Shown here piece after piece: positions 55,591-64,000 of a stretch of DNA of 64,000 nt; position 1 is the stretch's first letter; every line of letters begins with the position of its first letter. A model generated the notes under the pieces. That model had not been told where the DNA came from, searched no databases, and saw only the letters and a program-made list of their open reading frames with translations. Origin of the DNA: Giardia intestinalis (Eukaryota); the NCBI GenBank assembly GCA_000002435.2, contig CM018793.1; one strand, written 5' to 3'. A program made the translations under genes and the position numbers.

Positions 55591-56805
55591 TTATTTTTTG
55601 GGAAAGACAACTGTAGAGCTAAGTAACTCAAAGTCTACAGGACGGAACGATGCAGTGATACCATCAAAATTATTTTTCTTTGATGAAATGGTCTTTAACA
55701 GCCCTATAGCCGCCGGAGTGGTATGCATGTCTATTTGCAGGTAGTATTCTCCTATCTCCCCCAGACCCTCCCGAACTGATTTGACTGCCTCCTTCTTCGT
55801 GATGAGACCTGTTCCAAAGAAATTAATTCCGTGATACTGGTCGGGAATGTTGCTAACAAGAACACACTTCGTGTCTCTCTTCTCCTGTGTCCTCTCCTGC
55901 GATGGTTGAAATTGAGTAGATGAAGGATCGTTTGCCATAATTTTTGGTTTAGGAGAGGACTCCAAGCCTAGCTTTGCAGCTTGAACATACTCACGGAGAG
56001 ATGCAGAGTCTCGTAAAGTGCCGTCCTGCACAAGCATAGAGGTCAGAGCGGCATCAGCGTCAGGAGGCGGGTCACTCTTGGCTTGCTGGTCCATTTGCAA
56101 GCGGTTTACAAAAGTGACCATCTCGATGCCCTTAAACTTACTATTATCTGATGCACTGTCTTTGTAGTATCTAATGCACATAATGACTGCCAGAGCCTGC
56201 GAAAAGTAAATCTCGGCCTTGTTGAAGTCTTGGTCTGTGGAAATGCGGACCAGGTCTCCGAATCGATTGAATTCTTGGCTTATTTCGTAGACATTATTTA
56301 GCGTCCGAGGGATATTAGCAAGTTTGAGGATTGGGAGCAGCCCCTTCTGAAAGAAGTGAACAGGCCCCAGCGGGATTTCGAAGGGCAGCCTATCCTTTGG
56401 GTCGGGGAAACGACAAACTCGGCGGGGCCGCTCATACTTTGTAGATATCTCATTCTCCATTTCGATAATCTCTGCGAAATTATCTGGGAAAGTTCCGCTC
56501 TGCTTGTGCTTGTCATAGATGTTCCGCAGATAGAAGATTTCTTTAGCAAAGCTCTCGGATTTCGCAGAATTAGTATTAAGGTACTGTGTGACGAAGTTCT
56601 TGTAAAAAATTACGTCATTAGGCACGGTCTTGCGCATGAGCAATGACACAAAAAAGCAGGCAGCGTCATAGGAAATAACTATATGGAGGGTCCTATAGAT
56701 GAAGGAGATGGTTTGGAGGCGTAGCCACATGCGCAGCTTAACCGGGTGATCTGCAGGGATGTCCGTCGTGGCCACCACTTCCATCTTGATCGGCGCGGCG
56801 GACAT
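55591..56805 (-). CDS. hypothetical protein (404 aa)
   Basis: The ORF's first codon (56808) is TTG; the ATG is at 56805. No domain was recognised. Confidence 0.65.
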   Translation of the reverse strand: MSAAPIKMEVVATTDIPADHPVKLRMWLRLQTISFIYRTLHIVISYDAACFFVSLLMRKTVPNDVIFYKNFVTQYLNTNSAKSESFAKEIFYLRNIYDKHKQSGTFPDNFAEIIEMENEISTKYERPRRVCRFPDPKDRLPFEIPLGPVHFFQKGLLPILKLANIPRTLNNVYEISQEFNRFGDLVRISTDQDFNKAEIYFSQALAVIMCIRYYKDSASDNSKFKGIEMVTFVNRLQMDQQAKSDPPPDADAALTSMLVQDGTLRDSASLREYVQAAKLGLESSPKPKIMANDPSSTQFQPSQERTQEKRDTKCVLVSNIPDQYHGINFFGTGLITKKEAVKSVREGLGEIGEYYLQIDMHTTPAAIGLLKTISSKKNNFDGITASFRPVDFELLSSTVVFPKK

Positions 56806-56973
56806 CAATTAAAATGTTTTTTGATCGATCTTTCCTATCTTTTGGAACTTAAGTAAGACCTCACTGCGATAAACTGACTAATTCAGCAAGCTTTTAATGG
56901 ACATCCTTTATGTCATGTGCAGTATGTTCTTTTATGTCCCATAAAGACTTTACCTAAAAAGTGAACCTTCCTT

Positions 56974-57837
56974 ATGCGGCTCTTTGTCCTTACAGGTGCC
57001 ATCGGCTGTGGGAAGAGCACCTTTGCATCATTCCTTAATAAGAACGGGGTTGCAATTATCGATACAGATGTGCTATCTCATCAAGTTGTCGAGCCGGGGA
57101 TGCCGGGGCATGCAGCTATTCTGGCTCAGTTTGGCCCATCCTTCTTTTCTGAGAATGTCCTGGACAGGAAAAAGCTTGCAGATCACGTATTTTCTGATGC
57201 TACTGGTGACCTGAGACGTAAGCTGGAGCAATGCACGCATCCCTACATCAACTCCATGGTCAGTCAGCAGCTCAGGCGTATATTTTTGAGACAGAAGCAA
57301 ACAAAAGGAGTCCCTACTGATTGCGTGGTGCATGCCTCACCAAAGGCTGTCTGTGTAGTCATTCCACTCTACTTTGAGGTAGGTCTAGATAAGCGTGGTC
57401 TTCTATCAGCAGCCCCCGTGGTTGCCTGTGTATTGAAAAGTGTGGATGTGCAGATCGCTCGCCTCAAGAGTCGGAGCTGCCTTTCTCTAGACGAGCAGGA
57501 GGCTCTTGCTCGCATTTCTCACCAAATGTCCATGGAAGAAAAGGCTAGCAGGGCATCGTATGTTGTTGAAAATGACGGACCAATAGAAGAACTAGAAGAG
57601 CATGCTGGTTACTTTGTTACCAGCGTCATGCCAAAGCTAAAAAGTAGGCGCATCGCTTTACCAACCATTATACACCGTTATTTCGAGGAGGGATTCTGGA
57701 ATCTAGTGCTGGAGGTAGTTCTCCTACTCATTATTATTGCAAGGCTGGTATACAAAGCTAGATATGGAGGAAAAAGCCCCCTCATGTACGTCCTCGATAA
57801 AATAAGAAAACCGTCAGATGGCGACAAACGTGAGTAA
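56974..57837 (+). CDS. dephospho-CoA kinase (CoaE) with C-terminal hydrophobic extension
   Basis: The P-loop reads LTGAIGCGKST, and the CoaE pattern ...IDTDVLSHQVVEPG...ILAQFG...LDRKKLADHVFSD...HPYI... is present. The C-terminus carries a predicted TM helix, NLVLEVVLLLIIIARLVY. The ATG at 56974 was verified. Confidence 0.8.
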   Translation: MRLFVLTGAIGCGKSTFASFLNKNGVAIIDTDVLSHQVVEPGMPGHAAILAQFGPSFFSENVLDRKKLADHVFSDATGDLRRKLEQCTHPYINSMVSQQLRRIFLRQKQTKGVPTDCVVHASPKAVCVVIPLYFEVGLDKRGLLSAAPVVACVLKSVDVQIARLKSRSCLSLDEQEALARISHQMSMEEKASRASYVVENDGPIEELEEHAGYFVTSVMPKLKSRRIALPTIIHRYFEEGFWNLVLEVVLLLIIIARLVYKARYGGKSPLMYVLDKIRKPSDGDKRE

Positions 57838-58141
57838 CTCCCAGCCAACTCTGGCATTCCCCAGTGTTGATAGTAAACTATCCGCTCTGGAAAATGTCAT
57901 AACGCCTGGGAGATTCTTAGCGGAAAACATTGGAAAAGAAGTCGTCGTCAGGCTTAAAGACGGCCGGGAATATACCGGGACGCTCATATCGTATGACAGC
58001 TATTACAATTTGAGGCTCAAAAACTGCATAGAGAAGTCCAGAGAGGGCAAGTGCGCTTTGTCGTCGTTAAAGGACATGTTTATACGGTGCACCAGCGTGC
58101 ACCTGGTTTATACAACCTCTCCAAGGACGAATAGTGTGTAG
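57818..58141 (+). CDS. Sm-like (Sm/LSm) protein
   Basis: The Sm1-like motif reads IGKEVVVRLKDGREYTGTLISYDSYYNLRLKNCIE. The Sm2-like motif reads LKDMFIRCTSVHLV. The ATG at 57818 overlaps the last 20 nt of the dephospho-CoA kinase gene in another frame. Confidence 0.65.
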   Translation: MATNVSNSQPTLAFPSVDSKLSALENVITPGRFLAENIGKEVVVRLKDGREYTGTLISYDSYYNLRLKNCIEKSREGKCALSSLKDMFIRCTSVHLVYTTSPRTNSV

Positions 58142-58223
58142 AAATGCCGGTACACTTGCTTATAGGTGCTCTGTGCAATGCAATTTCAGCCCATGCATCA
58201 CAGGCAGGTCACATCCAAAAAAG

Positions 58224-59432
58224 ATGTTCAATGGCGGCCTCACCAATGATTTTCTAACTCACATTACAATCTATTGCCCGCTAACCGATACGCGGCCATT
58301 TCGATACAAGGAATCTACATCGTATGACATCCGCCTTTTCGAAGAGGACTTTGTAACCCTTCAGGGATTTAAGAATGCAATTAAAGAACGCACACGCGCT
58401 GGCTTCCTCAAGTCGCAGTTTTTTCGTGTGACATTTGACAGGAACATTACAGATGACACCCATACCTTCATTAGTGACGATGACGACATCCTGCAGGCCT
58501 TTGATTCCAATCGTGAGCTTCCGTGGCAGTTGATCATAGTTCGATATACAAAAGTGCAAGCCAGCAGACTCCGTGATAAGCTCAAGTGTGGCGAGCAGAC
58601 CGAGCTAGATCTCCTTACAAGACAAAAGCGTCGCTACACCCGGTCCTTGGCTCCAAGGGATGCCGGGCAAGACATGAATGTTTCCACGGCATCTGTCGCT
58701 ACAGGCGACATATATGGGCACACTGACTACGTAACGGATGCCGTGGGCGCTTCCGTTACTTCCGAGCTACTACTGTCACAGAGCTTAGATTGCAGTGCAG
58801 ACATGCGTGGACACCAACCCTCCTTTATGCATTCAAATGCTCATATGCTTGAATACGGGGCTGGGTTTAGCAATCTTCCAAGGTCCTCTGGTCTGACTTC
58901 TTCCCAAGATCCCACTTTCACTCATCGATCCTCGGAGGATGGTTGTCTTTTAGCTACCGACTCAATGATTCATGAACAAGACCGTGATATCATGACCTGG
59001 AGCACCAAGAGTCCGTCCACTGGCCCACTTACCATAAACGAGGCAGTCACTAGGATCTGTGATGAAACTCCACTTGGGCGGCTCTTTAGCAACCGCGCCC
59101 TGAAGATCTGGGCATTAGAAATCATTCTAGAAAGGCACAACTCCTTTTCCATTCCCCCCTCGTTCTTTCCTATCCCTGATATGTACCTCAGGCATTGCTG
59201 GCGTAGCGTGGCAGTCCCCATAGAGCTTCAGCCCATTTCTATGCTTTATGCCAAGTATCTCGCTGACAAGACATTAGAGCACGCCATTGCCTCCGCAGAA
59301 GATGGCACAGACGATGACGTTAGTACCTATAGCGCGGAGGAAGGAAATGGCAATACTGACACTAATAAGTGTAGCCACGAAGGCAGGATCGATAATTTAT
59401 CTGACGACGACGAGCAGATTAACCTGATCTAG
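58224..59432 (+). CDS. hypothetical protein (402 aa)
   Basis: The ORF begins with GTG at 58134; the first ATG is at 58224 (MFNGGLTNDF...). No domain was recognised. Confidence 0.55.
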   Translation: MFNGGLTNDFLTHITIYCPLTDTRPFRYKESTSYDIRLFEEDFVTLQGFKNAIKERTRAGFLKSQFFRVTFDRNITDDTHTFISDDDDILQAFDSNRELPWQLIIVRYTKVQASRLRDKLKCGEQTELDLLTRQKRRYTRSLAPRDAGQDMNVSTASVATGDIYGHTDYVTDAVGASVTSELLLSQSLDCSADMRGHQPSFMHSNAHMLEYGAGFSNLPRSSGLTSSQDPTFTHRSSEDGCLLATDSMIHEQDRDIMTWSTKSPSTGPLTINEAVTRICDETPLGRLFSNRALKIWALEIILERHNSFSIPPSFFPIPDMYLRHCWRSVAVPIELQPISMLYAKYLADKTLEHAIASAEDGTDDDVSTYSAEEGNGNTDTNKCSHEGRIDNLSDDDEQINLI

Positions 59433-59547
59433 AAGATACATTTTTTCTGAGTACCTATGGATTACTCTCTTCCCTGCGCCGGGACCAACGCAGGATATTC
59501 GGACTGCAGAAAAAAATATTCCGCCCTCAGTCGAGTGAACCAACTAC

Positions 59548-62500
59548 ATGTCTGAATTGGAGGCGTTAGCAGCAGGGTATTTTGCGACCAGCAGCGCTGA
59601 TAGGATGGCTGCTAGTCTCAAGTTCGATCAGTTTTTAGAAGAGGATCCTCAATCCATCTTTAACTTGGCCCAGGTTACCTTTACCGATTCCCAGCAGTCC
59701 CAGGCAATAATATTAGCAGCCCTCCTGATTAAGCGGTACCTTTCGTCCAAATACTTTGATCTCGCTAAGGCTAGCATTCTTGCTGGTCACACACCCCTAT
59801 CTTTAGAGTCATATGGCATGTACTCCAATCAGCCAAGGTTCGGTTCCTTGTCTTGTGAAGATATTGTTTCTATGGTCCAAGTCTTGCTTAGCATTTACCA
59901 AAACGCAGTCTACCAGTGCGACCATATTCGGATGAATCTGTCCATAGACACTGCCCTCCTCATAATGGATGCAACTAGGGACTTCATTTCTTATGCACTT
60001 GTTCTTCAGAAGTATTATCAGAGCTCTATTTCCCAGACCAGCTTTTCCGGGTTATCTATTTTGTTCAATCACCAGAACATTTTCCGCATATCAACCCGTG
60101 ATGACGTATATTTGTGTGCGGAGCAATGCGTTCTCTTTTTGCGAAATCAAGCCATCTCCTCTTCCTTTGGATCTGCTACATCTGCTCAAAGTGACTTCAT
60201 GAGCTGGGTTCAAACGAGAACAGACTGCAGTACTGCACTATTCAATGCCGTCACACGGTATTCTGGCGTTGACTTTTCAAAAACAACTAGCGTGATAAAT
60301 GTTACGTCTTATAATCCCTATCGGAAACTCTTTTATGCTTACTGTGCTCCTACAACGCAAGGCCCCAGCATGACAAAAGCACCGTATGACTTCTCGTTTG
60401 TAGAACGCTTGTATGAGGCGCTTGCTTATATGCTTTCTCTTACTGACACTACTGCAACAGGCTACTCTGGACCCATGCTGGACAAGCTTGTTGAAGGAAT
60501 ACTATCCACTCTGAATCTTCTTTATGTCGTAATCTCTATGGAAGAGATCTATGATATCCAAGAAAGCAATGAAAGAGGGCTTATGGAGATTCATATGGGA
60601 CGGATCACAGATATCCTTACCTCCCAATTCTTTTATCCCTTTATTTCTACCTTCTCCAACACAGCATCCTTCTTTGCAAAGGTCCTCTTCGCACTACGGA
60701 GGTCCTCTCGTCCAATCGCCTTCTTCTCCATGGAACCTATATTTTATAGGTATATTGAAGCAGCTCGCAGATTGACTCTCTTTCTTCATGGATACGAAGA
60801 TATAATATCTTACCCAGAAGCGTCTTCTATGTTAAAGTGGGATGCCCTTCAAGGTATGCTGTTAGACACAGGACAGTTGCAGCTATCTCTCTCCGCTGAC
60901 TATGTGGAGGCAGGAGGCATTATGATGAAGTTGTGGCATAAGTTTGGGCTTAATCTTTCGTATCTTAGTCCAGCCTCGGACAAGGTCAGAGACATTGTTA
61001 AATATACACAAGAACTATGCACAGAGATGTTTTATGCATACTTGCTTGCTTTTCTCTATCAGTGCAGTAACTTTTACAACGAAGAGTCATCCCACATGGA
61101 ACAGCTTGTTCGAAACCTGAACGAAGCATACTCTAAGGTCGATACAGAAACAAGGGCAAAAGCAGTATATCAGCCAGGTGCAGATAAGGATCTAGACAGG
61201 GTGGAAACCCCAAAGAATGCTGATAGTGAGTATTGCGAAGCAGGTCAGCCATCCAGCACGCTAGCAGATTCGTACTTGGGCAGATTTAGATCCTTCATTT
61301 CGGCAATTGCTGGGAACGCATCGTTCGATTTGCTCGACTTTAGTGTTCACACTAAGAACATGACGTCAACGTATGAGATATCGGTAGCAGCTATTGATTC
61401 AGATATGTGTGACACGTTTCTTAATACGTCGCATCCACTTTTGCTGCTGAGGATTCGGGGGCTTATCTATGCGTTTTCTCAAGCACTTACTAAAATCCAG
61501 GAAAACATAAATCAGGGATGTTTCACACCAGCCGATATTACTACTCTACAAGCGTCCGAATCCTGCTTTTCTGTATCTGCTTCCTACTTCCTATTTTTCT
61601 TTAAGGTTCTTAGGGCGTCTTCTTTAGATGATAAGGATTTTGTTGTGACACTTGCTCAGACATCTGTCGCACTCTTTCAGTTTATAGGCTCTTGGCTTCA
61701 GTTCAACTTTTCCCTTTATGGGCAAGACAGCCCTGTTACACCATACCTAATTAATAGGCCATCATATCACCTTTTTTCTGTCATGGCAGTGGAGTTCATT
61801 GACTCCATGGTGGACATCACATCTCGCTCCACCAACAGAGTTGTGTTTAGAGATGTAGCCGCTGCTCTTATGAATCAGGGCACTCTGCGCATGTCCTCAT
61901 CATATGCCCTAGCGACAAGTTTGACTGAAGCATCGGTCACCGAAGATCCTCTGAGTCTTTCTCCAAGCGACTTTATTGCGCCCTTTCTGTTTGATCTACA
62001 ATTCCAACTCAATCTTTTGTACAGCTCCATAATAGTTTCTAGCCAAATGCATGTCCAGCTGGAGCAGGCCAGGGAACAAGCTAGACCGGGACAATCACCC
62101 AATAAGCTTACCGAGATATTGGGCATCGTGTTTTATCTGGACCAAGATCAGCCGTATTACATTATAGCGTCAACCTTAATTAGAACAAAGTTTTCCAGAA
62201 TAAGTGAGCATTATTGCACTTCTCAGCTATTTCAGCAGCTTGTCAAAGGTAACCTAGCGCAATCGTCTTTTAATTTAGCCCCTCTCATTTACAGCCTCTT
62301 TATCGGCATACATAACATAGCCCGCAATTACACTACAATCCGCATGTACTACAATGCGCTTATGTCAATGATCTTGCGCGATCCTATTAACAAAACAGGA
62401 CAGACAGCTCTCCTCATTGTCACCCTCTGTAACCTAGTCAACCTGATGGGTGCACCCTCCAGTCCGTGTGAGCTGATCAACTTTCACATCAATGTTTTAC

Positions 62501-64000
62501 AGCAAAATCTCACAGGGTCCCTGGCCAGTTCCCCCATAATAAAAATAGTTGGCCCTTCTAATGAAACAGGACCCGCCGGGTCTATGCCAACCATGCCTAT
62601 CACCACGCAACTGACACAGAGCGAAAGTATAGGGATCAATGCAGCACACCTCACATTTCTTGTTTCAAAGCTTAACACGCTAAGTCACAATAATCTTCAG
62701 ATTCCCATGGCAGAGCGTGAGTTCATCTTTGGGTACGTTCTTTCGGGGCTTCTAGGGGTCCTGCAAAGTGTCAAGGGAGACAATCCCAGTCTTATAAGCT
62801 TCGTTAATATCCTCAGTTCCCGTCTTGGCCACATAATCACGTGTAGCATTGCTATCGACTCGTTCACGGACATGTTGATTGAGCTACTGATAGAGACGAA
62901 CGCAGCTATCGACAACAAAAAGCTTGTTGGGGAGCTCCGCATCTCCGCATCGAACCTTCGCTTGATGACCAACGCATTTCTAGAGACGCTAACTACAAAC
63001 GTATATAAGCAGTATCACATCTTGCTGAAGTGCGTCAATGTCGTTGCAAATCTACAAAGGATGCTTACCAGCAGCTCAAGCAAGTCTGCGCAAACGTTGG
63101 GAACACAAGGCGAACGCTCTGCAGATATGCTTTCCCTGGAGCTGCTTCTTACGCAGGCTTCTGACAAGGATTTTCCCGACATTGTTCGCCAACTCTCGAG
63201 TGGATTGAGTAAGGCGGAGATTGACTTTGATCTTCCCTATATTCAGCTAGTGTATAAGGCACTCCTGGCTCTTAACATGCCAGATATCTCGAGCGAGCAG
63301 AAGCTGTCGTTTCTTGCTAAGTGCGAAAATCAGCTTCTGGAACACGTGTCCAGGCACCATCTTTTCCGCCTACTCTCTGCCATTGTCGAGCTGGGGACAT
63401 ATCTCTATACAGAAGCTACCACTGCTGCTAACACTCCTGCCTGTCAGAATATATTATCACTTATTGCGCTCATGAACAAAGACTGGATGCTTGATTACAG
63501 ACTCCATCACAATTGTAATCTTCTTCTTAACACAATAGACTTCCTCCACGTGGTTTTGGTTAAGAACCCTGAGATTATGGGCGCTCTTCCGAAGTATGCG
63601 GTTCGAACCATCATGGCACTGCTCTGCGAGGCTTCTACCTCAGACATAGTCACTGACACAAAGCAAAATAGAATACTGGTCTCACTGCAATCTGTTTACA
63701 TTTTCCTCGCAAAGGCCTTGATGAGCAATACCATCACAAACTCATTTAGCCAAATAAGTAATAGCGGCTCAAACACCATTAATTTAGAGTACACTAACAA
63801 CATCCTCGGGTGCCTAACGCTCTTCAGTGCCTCAACCATCTTCGATGAAGAGATCACAGCAGCAGCAATTAACATACACTCTTATATCATGGACTCAGAG
63901 CAGACATATGATTCTCTTAAGCTATACACGAATCTCTCAAATATTCCTCAGAATCTTGGAATCGGGTCTTCTCCATCTTTATTAGGCTCCATAACAAATT
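59548..64000 (+). CDS. large hypothetical helical-repeat protein, 3' truncated by window edge (at least 1484 aa)
   Basis: I translated every codon from the ATG at 59548 (with a TGA in-frame at 59536 upstream) to position 64000 and found no stop. The ORF is absent from the supplied track only because it lacks a stop. Its composition is Leu/Ser-rich alpha-helical, possibly HEAT/ARM-like. Confidence 0.8.
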   Translation, partial: MSELEALAAGYFATSSADRMAASLKFDQFLEEDPQSIFNLAQVTFTDSQQSQAIILAALLIKRYLSSKYFDLAKASILAGHTPLSLESYGMYSNQPRFGSLSCEDIVSMVQVLLSIYQNAVYQCDHIRMNLSIDTALLIMDATRDFISYALVLQKYYQSSISQTSFSGLSILFNHQNIFRISTRDDVYLCAEQCVLFLRNQAISSSFGSATSAQSDFMSWVQTRTDCSTALFNAVTRYSGVDFSKTTSVINVTSYNPYRKLFYAYCAPTTQGPSMTKAPYDFSFVERLYEALAYMLSLTDTTATGYSGPMLDKLVEGILSTLNLLYVVISMEEIYDIQESNERGLMEIHMGRITDILTSQFFYPFISTFSNTASFFAKVLFALRRSSRPIAFFSMEPIFYRYIEAARRLTLFLHGYEDIISYPEASSMLKWDALQGMLLDTGQLQLSLSADYVEAGGIMMKLWHKFGLNLSYLSPASDKVRDIVKYTQELCTEMFYAYLLAFLYQCSNFYNEESSHMEQLVRNLNEAYSKVDTETRAKAVYQPGADKDLDRVETPKNADSEYCEAGQPSSTLADSYLGRFRSFISAIAGNASFDLLDFSVHTKNMTSTYEISVAAIDSDMCDTFLNTSHPLLLLRIRGLIYAFSQALTKIQENINQGCFTPADITTLQASESCFSVSASYFLFFFKVLRASSLDDKDFVVTLAQTSVALFQFIGSWLQFNFSLYGQDSPVTPYLINRPSYHLFSVMAVEFIDSMVDITSRSTNRVVFRDVAAALMNQGTLRMSSSYALATSLTEASVTEDPLSLSPSDFIAPFLFDLQFQLNLLYSSIIVSSQMHVQLEQAREQARPGQSPNKLTEILGIVFYLDQDQPYYIIASTLIRTKFSRISEHYCTSQLFQQLVKGNLAQSSFNLAPLIYSLFIGIHNIARNYTTIRMYYNALMSMILRDPINKTGQTALLIVTLCNLVNLMGAPSSPCELINFHINVLQQNLTGSLASSPIIKIVGPSNETGPAGSMPTMPITTQLTQSESIGINAAHLTFLVSKLNTLSHNNLQIPMAEREFIFGYVLSGLLGVLQSVKGDNPSLISFVNILSSRLGHIITCSIAIDSFTDMLIELLIETNAAIDNKKLVGELRISASNLRLMTNAFLETLTTNVYKQYHILLKCVNVVANLQRMLTSSSSKSAQTLGTQGERSADMLSLELLLTQASDKDFPDIVRQLSSGLSKAEIDFDLPYIQLVYKALLALNMPDISSEQKLSFLAKCENQLLEHVSRHHLFRLLSAIVELGTYLYTEATTAANTPACQNILSLIALMNKDWMLDYRLHHNCNLLLNTIDFLHVVLVKNPEIMGALPKYAVRTIMALLCEASTSDIVTDTKQNRILVSLQSVYIFLAKALMSNTITNSFSQISNSGSNTINLEYTNNILGCLTLFSASTIFDEEITAAAINIHSYIMDSEQTYDSLKLYTNLSNIPQNLGIGSSPSLLGSITN

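Overview
This window is eukaryotic, not prokaryotic: a compact protist locus that I attribute to a diplomonad of the genus Giardia. The attribution rests on four signals. (1) A variant-specific surface protein (VSP) gene ends in the invariant CRGKA tail, with the Giardia poly(A) signal AGTAAAC 9 nt after the stop. (2) The same AGTAAAC signal sits 4 nt after the beta-tubulin stop. (3) Very short AT-rich stretches lie immediately 5' of start codons, and genes overlap. (4) A NEK-type kinase is fused to a long ankyrin array, typical of the Giardia NEK expansion.

The gene content I can support:
- a 3'-terminal beta-tubulin fragment
- a degenerate VSP pseudogene
- two giant ORFs (3175 aa and 2673 aa) with no domains I recognise
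- an N-terminal zinc-ribbon protein
- a DHHC palmitoyltransferase
- a divergent cyclophilin-like protein
- an EFM4-like lysine methyltransferase
- a rhodanese-domain protein
- a TMA7 micro-protein
- a PP2A-family phosphatase catalytic subunit
- a NEK kinase with ankyrin repeats
- two coiled-coil proteins
- GINS subunit Psf1
- a secreted leucine-rich-repeat protein
- dephospho-CoA kinase
- an Sm-like protein
- several hypothetical proteins, including a more than 1480-aa ORF running off the 3' end of the window that the ORF track omits because it has no stop.

The outstanding feature is a near-perfect inverted repeat (palindrome) of about 7.6 kb with symmetry centre 30291.5. Its arms are 21782..29406 and 31177..38801. 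I found only a handful of single-base differences between the arms, about 10 within the short ORFs I could compare. The arms flank a 1.77-kb unique loop that carries one complete small VSP gene. Each arm is almost devoid of long ORFs, apart from a GC-rich island that encodes a possible Myb/SANT-like protein preceded by an AT-rich initiator-like stretch. The outer ends of the arms lie 29 bp and 162 bp from the start codons of divergently oriented flanking genes.

Note that the supplied ORF track uses alternative start codons. Several ORFs labelled 'M' begin with GTG or TTG, so I re-derived starts at in-frame ATGs where possible.
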